Assembly: GCA_045616765.1 (NCBI GenBank)
Contig: JAZLHL010000012.1
Span: forward strand, 1,756-65,755
Direction: 5' to 3'
DNA: 64,000 nt
Source: Acutalibacteraceae bacterium
Lineage (GTDB): Bacteria > Bacillota > Clostridia > Oscillospirales > Acutalibacteraceae
In this document: piece by piece, positions 35,294 to 43,379 of the stretch
Numbering within the stretch: the first letter of the stretch is position 1
Layout: every line of letters starts with the position of its first letter
The notes under the pieces: model-generated
What the model saw: the letters and a program-made list of their open reading frames with translations, nothing else
The model's database searches: none
Told to the model about the DNA's origin: nothing
Position numbers and translations under genes: made by a program

Positions 35294-35440
35294 TTAAACC
35301 CTGTTGCAGCTCCACCAGACTATTCTTGCACCGGGGAACGATGCGGCAATAAGCTTTTTCGCCTCGATACTTGACTGAGCCTTGACCATCTGCTCGGTGC
35401 GCACACCGTTTACCGAAAATACGCAGCGGTACATTTGCAT
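35294..35440 (-). CDS. Unannotated 48-aa small protein upstream of the lipoprotein gene
   Basis: Hand translation gives MQMYRCVFSVNGVRTEQMVKAQSSIEAKKLIAASFPGARIVWWSCNRV. A strong AGGGGGTGAG RBS lies directly upstream. A perfect TATAAT (minus strand, 35466-35461) lies about 20 nt further up. Confidence 0.5.
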   Translation of the reverse strand: MQMYRCVFSVNGVRTEQMVKAQSSIEAKKLIAASFPGARIVWWSCNRV

Positions 35441-35460
35441 ACTCTCACCCCCTTTTTGCG

Positions 35461-35532
35461 ATTATAGCGCAATGAAAGTGGTTTGTCTTATGCTGCGAGC
35501 ATATTGAAATTATTTTACTTTTGTGTTAATAT
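35461..35532. promoter_or_regulatory. Divergent promoter pair sharing the 19-bp operator (copy 2)
   Basis: The operator GTCTTATGCTGCGAGCATA lies at 35485-35503. The minus-strand promoter is AAGACA (35489-35484), a 17-nt spacer, then TATAAT (35466-35461). The plus-strand promoter is TTGAAA (35504-35509), a 17-nt spacer, then TGtTAATAT (35527-35532). Confidence 0.55.
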
Positions 35533-35554
35533 CGGCTTGTCAGGGGGAGTGAAT

Positions 35555-35977
35555 ATGCACAAGGATACCTCAAAAATGCTCGAAGAGCTCAAGGCTTGTA
35601 CTGAATTTGAGCGTTTTTATGATGAGAATAAAAAATACGCCGCGGATTTAACGCTCGCGGAATATATTGAAACGCTTTTAAAAGAAAAAAAGCTTTCAAA
35701 GGCAGCTGTGATAAAGGATGCGGAAATGAGCGAGGTTTACGCCTACCAGATAATGTCCGGTTTACGAATCCCGGACCGCAAAAAGCTCCTGTGTCTCGCA
35801 TTCGGTATGAAGCTCAATCTTGAAGAAACGCAGAAAATGCTTAAATGCACCGGCTACGCGCCGCTTTATGTGAAAAATACATTTGACTGCATTGTGATTT
35901 ACGGCTTGTGCAACGGCTTCACCGTGCCCGATGTGAACGAAAAGCTTTACGATTTCGGATTGGAGACGCTCGGATAA
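35555..35977 (+). CDS. XRE-like HTH domain protein (140 aa)
   Basis: The segment ...LSKAAVIKDAEMSEVYAYQIMSGLRIPDRKKLLCLAF... is HTH-like. ATG 35555 follows a GGGGGAG RBS. The stop overlaps the next start (TAATG). Confidence 0.7.
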   Translation: MHKDTSKMLEELKACTEFERFYDENKKYAADLTLAEYIETLLKEKKLSKAAVIKDAEMSEVYAYQIMSGLRIPDRKKLLCLAFGMKLNLEETQKMLKCTGYAPLYVKNTFDCIVIYGLCNGFTVPDVNEKLYDFGLETLG

Positions 35978-36729
35978 TGCAAAACAAAACCATTTGCCCG
36001 TATTGCGGCGCAGCCCTGCAGGAAAATGCCTCGTTTTGCCTGCACTGTATGAAAAGTCTTGATGAAAAAACCGAAATAAAAAAGAAAAAATCAGCTCCGA
36101 AAAAGCTGATTGTTACTGTCGGTATTGCTGCCGCCGTCTGCATTGCCGCGGTATGTATAATAATTGCCGTAATCGGCAACAAGCCAAAACCCATATGCAC
36201 GCCGGATGAGTTCATTGCCGCCGCTCAGGCTTCAACCGCAAAACTTGACTGCGCAGAGCTGTGGCAGCCTGCCGATTTAGTGCAGACCCATTACAATAAA
36301 AAAGAAAACGACAGTGTTTATAACACAAAGTGTTCGCTATGTGATGCAGGCGTTTCCGTAATATTCAGAAACGGCGGCGAGGTGGTGGATATTGCGCTTT
36401 GCGATATCCGTGAAAGCGACCTTGAAAATGCATATGTTATAAGCGAAAGCGCGCTTTCTGCGGCATTCGGGTATTATCAGGTCGAGCTTGCCGATATGCT
36501 GCACGATAAAAGCGCATATCCGCGCTTTGATTTTGAAAAGCCGTTTGAAGAATACTTTACCGATGTGCTCAAACGCACAGACAGATACAATGCTCTCGCC
36601 GAAAGCGGTGATATTTCCACCGAATTTTTTGAGGCGGTAACGGAAGACGGCGAAACTCTGCTGTACTTTTTGACAGAGCATACCGAAAGCAACGAAACAC
36701 TGTACGATTTATATTTTGAAATACAATAA
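35977..36729 (+). CDS. Zinc-ribbon / single-TM membrane protein with an extracytoplasmic domain
   Basis: The zinc ribbon is MQNKTICPYCGAALQENASFCLHCM. After KKKKSAPKK comes the TM segment LIVTVGIAAAVCIAAVCIIIAVI, then a roughly 170-aa domain. Confidence 0.75.
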   Translation: MQNKTICPYCGAALQENASFCLHCMKSLDEKTEIKKKKSAPKKLIVTVGIAAAVCIAAVCIIIAVIGNKPKPICTPDEFIAAAQASTAKLDCAELWQPADLVQTHYNKKENDSVYNTKCSLCDAGVSVIFRNGGEVVDIALCDIRESDLENAYVISESALSAAFGYYQVELADMLHDKSAYPRFDFEKPFEEYFTDVLKRTDRYNALAESGDISTEFFEAVTEDGETLLYFLTEHTESNETLYDLYFEIQ

Positions 36730-36734
36730 AAAGA

Positions 36735-36771
36735 TTGTGACGAAACAAAAAATCTTCGTCACAACTTTTTT
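36735..36771. terminator. Bidirectional terminator
   Basis: TTGTGACGAA-loop-TTCGTCACAA followed by CTTTTTT. The left flank is A-rich. Confidence 0.8.
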
Positions 36772-37475
36772 CACAGAGCCGATTTGACCGCAGCCACACT
36801 TTGATAACGCGCCGCAGGGTCAATACTTGTGCATTTCAGCACGATTTTGCCTGCTCTGCCGTCTGCAAGGCATTCACTCGGGTGGCGCTGCGTAAGCATA
36901 ACATTTATAAGCACGCCCAATGCGTAAATATCGGCGCGGCTGTCAGTCTGCGAAATACCAAGCTGCTCGGGCGCGGCATAGCCCACGGTACCAAGCACCT
37001 CAGTATCGGCGGAAGCTGCGGTTTTATATATGCGCGAGGCATTAAAATCAATAAGCTTTACCGTTCCGTTTTTATCTACAATGATATTTTCGGGCTTTAT
37101 ATCGCGGTGAACAAAGCCGTTTTTATGCATAATATCAAGCGCATCGCATACGGCGGATATTACTGTTTTCATTCCGTGATATGTATATTTACCGCTTTCA
37201 AGCACCTCGGCGACTGTCACGCCGTCAATGTATTCCTCAATAACCGCCTGCCCGTTATCCGTTTTGTAAACATCGTATATAACAGGCAGATTTTCAAAAA
37301 CAATGCCTTTAAAGAATGAATATACGGGCACCTCGGTTTCATATAGCCGCAAAACGAGCTTTTTATCTAATGCGCGGTGATTAAGCAGCAGCACTCGGCA
37401 ATCGTTTTTTTGCGACAACACGCGGCAAAGATAATATTCCGCCTTTAACTGCTCATAAAATTCGTCATTCGTCAT
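36771..37475 (-). CDS. Stand-alone Ser/Thr protein kinase catalytic domain with a degenerate N-lobe
   Basis: HRDIKPENIIV, DFN (in place of DFG) and GTVGYAAPEQ are present. No GxGxxG loop is visible. The position expected for the VAIK lysine reads LVLRL. Confidence 0.8.
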   Translation of the reverse strand: MTNDEFYEQLKAEYYLCRVLSQKNDCRVLLLNHRALDKKLVLRLYETEVPVYSFFKGIVFENLPVIYDVYKTDNGQAVIEEYIDGVTVAEVLESGKYTYHGMKTVISAVCDALDIMHKNGFVHRDIKPENIIVDKNGTVKLIDFNASRIYKTAASADTEVLGTVGYAAPEQLGISQTDSRADIYALGVLINVMLTQRHPSECLADGRAGKIVLKCTSIDPAARYQSVAAVKSAL

Positions 37476-37536
37476 ACTGATACCTTTTAAAAAGCCGGGC
37501 TTTCCGCAGAAAGCCCGGCTGAAAATTATTTAAAAA

Positions 37537-38142
37537 TTAAAGACTAACTCCGAAGAACGGGAGAATTATATCTAAAATCCAATGCCATATTTTTTCGATA
37601 AGTGATAAATGGTAACTTCTCTGGTCGCCGCAAACAGTGCAGGTTTCATCGGCACCATCAGCAAGAGAAGTGTGGGAGCCCATATCGCACTTGCCTTCGC
37701 ACTCGGCACATATACGCCAGTGGTCAAGCGCATCCTTTTCATAACCGCCCTGAGGTGTATGAGCAAGGGTAACAGTGCAAATATTAGAGGTTGTTTTTTC
37801 AGCACCGCTTCTGTCGGTAACAAAATACCTTACCCAAACTTCAGAGGAGCCGGGAGCAGAATTCTCCGGGAATGCGCTGCCGTCATAGGGATACCAATTG
37901 ACTGATTCGGGATCATCGCCGGGATCGCTGTAAGCGATTTCCCAGCCCTGCGAGAAAAGCTCTGAATACTCAATAAATTCCGGAGCTTCAAGCGGAAGAG
38001 CCGTGCCGGGGCAAACCTTAATTGTATCTTCAATATCAGCAATCTCAAAGCCGGCAGCACCTGCCGAAACGCTGCAAACGCAAGCGAACAAACTCATAAC
38101 GATAATAACGCTGATGAGTGCCGCCAATAATTTCTTTTTCAT
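37537..38142 (-). CDS. Exported protein with a Cys-rich segment and a hydrophobic C-terminal tail, unknown function
   Basis: The signal peptide is MKKKLLAALISVIIVMSLFACVCSVSAGAA. The Cys-rich segment is CAECEGKCD...CTVCGD. The tail is SLIEKIWHWILDIILPFFGVSL. The start was trimmed to ATG 38142. Confidence 0.7.
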   Translation of the reverse strand: MKKKLLAALISVIIVMSLFACVCSVSAGAAGFEIADIEDTIKVCPGTALPLEAPEFIEYSELFSQGWEIAYSDPGDDPESVNWYPYDGSAFPENSAPGSSEVWVRYFVTDRSGAEKTTSNICTVTLAHTPQGGYEKDALDHWRICAECEGKCDMGSHTSLADGADETCTVCGDQRSYHLSLIEKIWHWILDIILPFFGVSL

Positions 38143-38226
38143 CCGAAACATTCCTTTCGATAATGATAGTTTTCTTAATAATACCACAACACCTTACGAA
38201 TTGCAAGCAAATTTTAAAATTAATAA

Positions 38227-39993
38227 TCAATTAAGAATTGATTGCTCGCCATACTCGGTATGTTCTCTCAAAAATTTCTTTTCTTCGGGTTTGAGGTCAA
38301 GACCTATCGTACCGCCGGGATTCATATTGTAATTCGGGTCGAAATAATCTTTAAGCACCTTGAAAACGCCGAATTCCTTCTCGCCCACATAACCCTCGAG
38401 CCACGGAGCGAACATTTTACCGATGCCGTGGTGGTGGCTTATTGCGGCGCCGGAGCGCTGAATGGCATCGAGAATCGTTGCGTGGTATGCCTTGAACTCC
38501 TCCTCATCTTTCATTCTGGTGAGGAAGATGAAATAGAGGTTTGCGCCCTGCGGATAGCAATGTGACATATGCGTGGTAACAACGGTGTTCGGCAGAGCAT
38601 GGCAGATCTTTCTTACATCACGGTGCACCTGCGCCATATTCGACCAGTTAACGGTACATTCAAGCGTATCGGTAACAATGCCGAAATCCATTAGTGTATC
38701 ACGCAGATACGGGTCGTTGAATCTGCCCTTTTCCCAGCTTTTGGTAACATAGCCGGTAAGCGGCACCGCGCCGTGTTTAAGTGCGATTCTTGCGATTTTC
38801 GAGGCAACATTTATCGAGTAGCCTATTTCGCCGTCGGTAAAGCCGAGGAACAGGCAGCGCTCCATATCCTTAAAGCCGAGCTTGTCGAGCATCGGGTTAA
38901 GCGGAGTTTCATCAACATTGTAAAGGCGCAGCATAAGGTTTGTTTCCTCGGGGTCTGAAAGCCTGAACACCGAGGAAAATCCACATTCGCACTGCATCAT
39001 TTCCCTTGCGGCGTTCATTGCAACATCCCAGCTTTTGAACATATATGAGAAGCGCTTTCTGTTTTCGGGCATCCAGCGGAACACCTTTAATGTGACCTCA
39101 GTAAGCACGCCGAATGTGCCCTCGCTGCCCATCATGATCTGGTTGAGGTTTGGACCCGTTGCTTCGCGCGGATAATGGCTCGTTTTGATCGTGCCTATGG
39201 GCGTTGCATACTTCTGCGAAACGACTATATCTGTAATGCAGCCGTAATAGGTGCTGTTCTGACCGGCGCCGCGTGTAACGGTCCAGCCGCCGACGGATGA
39301 AAATTCAAATGACTGCGGGAAATGACCGCAGGTGTACGGTCTTCTTGCGCCGAAAAGGTGCGGTGCATCGTGCAGAGCCGCCTCAAGCGCGGGGCCCGAC
39401 ATACCCGCCTGCACGGTGATTGTCTGGTCGACCTCGTTGAATGCGAGGATTTTGTTGAAATTTTTACGCATATCGAGGGTAACGCCGCCCTTGACGGGTT
39501 CAACTCCCCTTGTAACGCTGCTGCCGCCGCCGTAAACATAAAGCGGTATGTTGTTCTTTGTAACATACTCAACTATTTTTTCTATCTGCGCGGTCTTTGC
39601 GGGGTACACGACAATATCAGGCACGCAGTCTATTCTTTTATGGCGCAGGCGCATAATATCGTATGCGGTGAAGCCGTAAGCAACGGAAAGTCTGTCATAA
39701 TCGGATGTGGATACATTTTCCTCACCGACTATTTTCTTTATTGCCTCGATATGCTTTTTTGCAAGCTTTACGGGATTATTCGGCAGCTCCACTTTATCAA
39801 AGCCGATATCGTCGGCATACTCTTTGAAATCGTCATCGGTCATTTCAAATCTTTCTTTCATAAGATTATAGAGAGACTCTTTCGGATATTTGAAGAACTC
39901 GGGATCTCCCCAACGGAAAATTGAACGGTAGCTGCCCTCCGGCGCGGGTGTAAGCACCCACTTCGGCTCAAATCCCTTATACGGCTTACTCAT
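38227..39993 (-). CDS. FAD-linked oxidase, alkyl-DHAP-synthase (AGPS)-like / GlcD superfamily
   Basis: The 588-aa product has an FAD_binding_4-type region (...VVYPAKTAQIEKIVEYVTKNNIPLYVYGGGSSVTRG). The C-terminal oxidase domain ends ...HHHGIGK. Confidence 0.85.
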   Translation of the reverse strand: MSKPYKGFEPKWVLTPAPEGSYRSIFRWGDPEFFKYPKESLYNLMKERFEMTDDDFKEYADDIGFDKVELPNNPVKLAKKHIEAIKKIVGEENVSTSDYDRLSVAYGFTAYDIMRLRHKRIDCVPDIVVYPAKTAQIEKIVEYVTKNNIPLYVYGGGSSVTRGVEPVKGGVTLDMRKNFNKILAFNEVDQTITVQAGMSGPALEAALHDAPHLFGARRPYTCGHFPQSFEFSSVGGWTVTRGAGQNSTYYGCITDIVVSQKYATPIGTIKTSHYPREATGPNLNQIMMGSEGTFGVLTEVTLKVFRWMPENRKRFSYMFKSWDVAMNAAREMMQCECGFSSVFRLSDPEETNLMLRLYNVDETPLNPMLDKLGFKDMERCLFLGFTDGEIGYSINVASKIARIALKHGAVPLTGYVTKSWEKGRFNDPYLRDTLMDFGIVTDTLECTVNWSNMAQVHRDVRKICHALPNTVVTTHMSHCYPQGANLYFIFLTRMKDEEEFKAYHATILDAIQRSGAAISHHHGIGKMFAPWLEGYVGEKEFGVFKVLKDYFDPNYNMNPGGTIGLDLKPEEKKFLREHTEYGEQSILN

Positions 39994-40008
39994 TTATATC
40001 ATCCTCCA

Positions 40009-40377
40009 TTACTGTTTTGCTGTTTTCAGAACACTGCTTGTTACTATAACATCCGCAGCGAGACCGAGCACATTTTCAATGACCTTATCGCCGCGTTCAA
40101 GGCGTTCGGTAACGGTTACGCCGTTTATTTCTTTCATCACATCGAAAATTCTGCTTTTCGGTATCTCTTTTGAAACGCGCACGGGCACAACGGGAACATC
40201 CGGGAACGAGGTCCTGACTGTGGAGCATATAGTTCTTTCCGGCGCGGTCATTTCGGTAACTGCAAAATCCCTGCCGCGCTTGCAGGTGTTGCCGCTTACG
40301 GTATATTCGCCGTCGTTTTCTTCAACGGTAAGGCGGCAGCCGCGCGGGCATACAATACAGACAAATTCCTTCATCAC
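40009..40377 (-). CDS. DUF1667 domain protein (third component of the Clostridia/Thermotoga-type glycerol-3-phosphate dehydrogenase cluster)
   Basis: The product begins MKEFVCIVCPRGCRLTVEE...GNTCKRGRDFA. It overlaps the upstream gene by 4 nt. Confidence 0.8.
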   Translation of the reverse strand: MMKEFVCIVCPRGCRLTVEENDGEYTVSGNTCKRGRDFAVTEMTAPERTICSTVRTSFPDVPVVPVRVSKEIPKSRIFDVMKEINGVTVTERLERGDKVIENVLGLAADVIVTSSVLKTAKQ

Positions 40378-41630
40378 GCGTTCACCTCCGCTTCAACCGT
40401 TATCCGGGAATTACCGTTAAGCTGTGCGCCGCTGAAATCAACGGTAAGCTTTTCCATTTCCGGCGGGCGCATAAATGCGTATTTTTTCGTGATTATCTCT
40501 TTGCCGTCAGCCTTTACGGTAACGCGGCAATTATTGAATTCGCCGCTGCTTCTGAAATAGAAATCGACCGCAGAATTATCTGCGCAAAGATTTAATTTCT
40601 GCGGAACAACATAAAGGAAGTTTTTGTCGGCATCCACGGGTATGAGTGTGCGTTCTTTTTGAACGAACTGCGCCGCGTTTTTGCCCGCCTGCCTGCCGCT
40701 TTCGCTCACGTGGTCAACAAGGTCGTTTACGTGCAAAGCATTACCGCACGAAAAAACGCCGTCGACCGAGGTCATAAGCTGGCCGTCGCAAACGGGGCCT
40801 TTCGTTTTGCCGTCAAGCACAACACCGAGACTTTCCGCCTGCTCGTTTTCGGGGATAAGGCCTACCGAAAGAATGAGCGCATCGCATTCCACGAGCTGCC
40901 CGGTGCCCTCTATGGGGCGCATTTTTTCATCCACCTTACAGATTTCAACACCCGTGAGCCTTTCATCACCGAAAGTCTTTGTAACGGTATGCGAAAGATA
41001 CAGAGGAATATTGTAATCGTTAAGGCACTGGTGAATATTCCTTGTAAGCCCCGACGGTGTCGGCTTTGCCTCATACACACCCACGACCTCTGCGCCCTCA
41101 AGTGTAAGGCGGCGCGCCATAATAAGACCTATATCGCCCGAGCCGAGAATCACACATTTATTCGCAGGCTTCACGCCGAGAATATTAGTAAAATACTGTG
41201 CCGTACCTGCGGTAAACACACCCGAGGGGCGTGTGCCGTGAATTGCGACCTGCTTTGCCGTGCGCTCACGGCAGCCGGTGGCAAGCACAAGCGTTTTTGA
41301 ACTGAATGTTTCAACGCCGCTGTTATTGACAACGGTAACACCGAATGTTCCGTCATCTTTTTTAACAAGGCGTGTAACGAATGTAAGGATTTTTGCCTCA
41401 ATGCCGAGATTGTTGAATTCATCGACATACCTTTCGGCATATTCGGGACCGGAGAGCTTTTCGCCGAAGCGGATAAGACCGAAGCCGTCGTGGATGCACT
41501 GCTTAAGAATACCGCCGAGACGTGCTTCGCGTTCAATAAGCAGCACCTTTGCGCCGTTTTCCTTGGCACTGATTGCCGCGGCAAGACCTGCGGGACCTCC
41601 GCCTATTACGGTAACATCATAATTTTTCAT
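40374..41630 (-). CDS. NAD(P)/FAD-dependent oxidoreductase (pyridine nucleotide-disulfide family, GlpB-like)
   Basis: MKNYDVTVIGGGPAGLAAA is a dinucleotide-binding fold, and a second GSGDIG motif is present. The start was trimmed to ATG 41630, after a GAGGTGG RBS. Confidence 0.85.
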   Translation of the reverse strand: MKNYDVTVIGGGPAGLAAAISAKENGAKVLLIEREARLGGILKQCIHDGFGLIRFGEKLSGPEYAERYVDEFNNLGIEAKILTFVTRLVKKDDGTFGVTVVNNSGVETFSSKTLVLATGCRERTAKQVAIHGTRPSGVFTAGTAQYFTNILGVKPANKCVILGSGDIGLIMARRLTLEGAEVVGVYEAKPTPSGLTRNIHQCLNDYNIPLYLSHTVTKTFGDERLTGVEICKVDEKMRPIEGTGQLVECDALILSVGLIPENEQAESLGVVLDGKTKGPVCDGQLMTSVDGVFSCGNALHVNDLVDHVSESGRQAGKNAAQFVQKERTLIPVDADKNFLYVVPQKLNLCADNSAVDFYFRSSGEFNNCRVTVKADGKEIITKKYAFMRPPEMEKLTVDFSGAQLNGNSRITVEAEVNA

Positions 41631-41640
41631 TGCCGCCACC

Positions 41641-43362
41641 TCATTTCGTTCTGCCGTAGGTTATTACTGAATTTTCAGAGGATTTTCTCACATCCGAAAG
41701 CTCCCTGCCCGTAAATTCGGCAATTATTGATGTAACAAGCGGCGAACAGAAGCCGCCCTGGCATCTGCCCATTCCGGGACGAACACGCTTTTTGATACCG
41801 TCAACCGTGGGAACACATATCGGCGAACGCAATGCATCAAGTATTTCGCCCTTGCTGATTTCTTCACAACGGCAGATTATAACGCCGTAATCGGGATTTT
41901 CTTTAATAAGAGCGTTGCGCTGTTCATCGTCCATTTCTTTCAAGCGCGGTATTGGTTGGCGGCGCGGATTATAGCTTGGGTTACGCTCAACCGTCATAAG
42001 CTTTTTAAGTTCATCCGTTACAAGCTCCTCAATATAGAGCGCAACCGCCGGAGCCGTGGTAAGGCCGGGTGACTGAATTCCTGCGCAATGTACGAGATTT
42101 TCGACTGCTCTGCCCTTTTCGAGTACAAAATCCTCCTCAAATGTGGGAGCACGCACACCGGTAAAATATGTAATAATATCACGCTGCGAAAGCTTGGGCA
42201 TTGTAACGGTCTGCTTATTGAACACCGTTTCTATGCTTTCGCGGTGCGTCTGAATATTCTCTTTTTCGTATGTTTCGACCGCATCGGGACCTGCAAGAAG
42301 GTTACCGTGAACGGTATGCAGTATCCCGCCGCCCTTTGTATGCGAGGAATTACCGACGGTAAGCTCCTTAACTGAAGCTATGGAGTGCATAAGCGCACCC
42401 GCTTTTCTGTCAAGTATGGAATTCGTGCCGCGGCGCGGATGGATCGAAAAGAATCTGTCGCCCGCCATATCGGCTACCGTTTCGCTGAAAACGCCTGCGG
42501 CGTTTACAACTATTTTCGGGTATACGGTACCTCTGTTGGTTTCGACCGAAACGATTTTGCCGTTTTCGGTCTTAATTGAAAGCACCGCCGTATCAAGCGA
42601 CACCTTTGCACCATTCATAACGGCATTTTCGGCATAAGCTATTGTAAGACCGTAGGGGCAGACGCAGCCCGAATCCGGGTTATATATAGCAAACTTGAAA
42701 TCACCGTTGAAATTCGGCTCGCGTTTTTTGAGTTCCTCGCCGGAAATGAGTGTTGTATCGGAAATTCCGTCGCGGTGCTTTCTCAAAGTGCAGTAAGCCG
42801 CGATCACGGGCTTAAGATACTCGCTATTGAAGCACACATACTGCCCCACGCGCTCAAACGGCACACCGAGTTCATCGCACACCTGCGTGTACATCGCGTT
42901 GCCCGCGCGCACGAATTTATGCTTTAATGTTCCCTTGCCCAAATCAATGCCGGGATGCACCTCGCCGTCATTTCTGCCGGAAGCCTGCATGGCAAGGTCA
43001 CTTTCCTTTTCAACAAGCAGTATATTTAGCTTCCATTTTGCAAGCTCACGCGCTATGGATGCGCCGGATATGCCGCCGCCGATTATAAGCACATCGGGCG
43101 AAGCGCCGTCAAGCGATTTGTCTGTAACGGAGGGCACCCTCATAGGCTTATCCTCACCGCCGGTAAAAACGATGTCATTCACCACATGAATACCGCTCTT
43201 AAAATTGTCCGGGTCGACACAGGAACGGCAGACCTCCACAACCTCGTTCCAATCGGCAGATTTGCCCTTAACAACAATTCTGTTGAGCTTTCTGTCATAA
43301 AAAGCACGGAATCTGCCGCCGTAGGTATTGATTAAATTTTCATTGACCTTGATAATGTTCAA
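41641..43362 (-). CDS. FAD-dependent glycerol-3-phosphate dehydrogenase-like oxidoreductase with a BFD-like [2Fe-2S] domain and a roughly 90-aa N-terminal extension
   Basis: The FAD fold DVLIIGGGISGASIARELA starts at about aa 90. CRCEEISKGEI...GMGRCQGGFC is BFD-like. TTG start after a GAAGGTGA RBS. Confidence 0.85.
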   Translation of the reverse strand: MNIIKVNENLINTYGGRFRAFYDRKLNRIVVKGKSADWNEVVEVCRSCVDPDNFKSGIHVVNDIVFTGGEDKPMRVPSVTDKSLDGASPDVLIIGGGISGASIARELAKWKLNILLVEKESDLAMQASGRNDGEVHPGIDLGKGTLKHKFVRAGNAMYTQVCDELGVPFERVGQYVCFNSEYLKPVIAAYCTLRKHRDGISDTTLISGEELKKREPNFNGDFKFAIYNPDSGCVCPYGLTIAYAENAVMNGAKVSLDTAVLSIKTENGKIVSVETNRGTVYPKIVVNAAGVFSETVADMAGDRFFSIHPRRGTNSILDRKAGALMHSIASVKELTVGNSSHTKGGGILHTVHGNLLAGPDAVETYEKENIQTHRESIETVFNKQTVTMPKLSQRDIITYFTGVRAPTFEEDFVLEKGRAVENLVHCAGIQSPGLTTAPAVALYIEELVTDELKKLMTVERNPSYNPRRQPIPRLKEMDDEQRNALIKENPDYGVIICRCEEISKGEILDALRSPICVPTVDGIKKRVRPGMGRCQGGFCSPLVTSIIAEFTGRELSDVRKSSENSVITYGRTK

Positions 43363-43379
43363 ATCAAATCACCTTCGAT

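Noticed and set aside
35483-35554. Upstream extension of the HTH ORF (track start 35483), which would make the shared 19-mer coding (SYAASI)
   Set aside because: The real start, ATG 35555, has a GGGGGAG RBS and a promoter between 35504 and 35532. At the other 19-mer copy (33879-33897) the same frame hits a stop almost immediately (SYAASIITN*) and shows no RBS or start upstream. A non-coding operator is therefore the better explanation.
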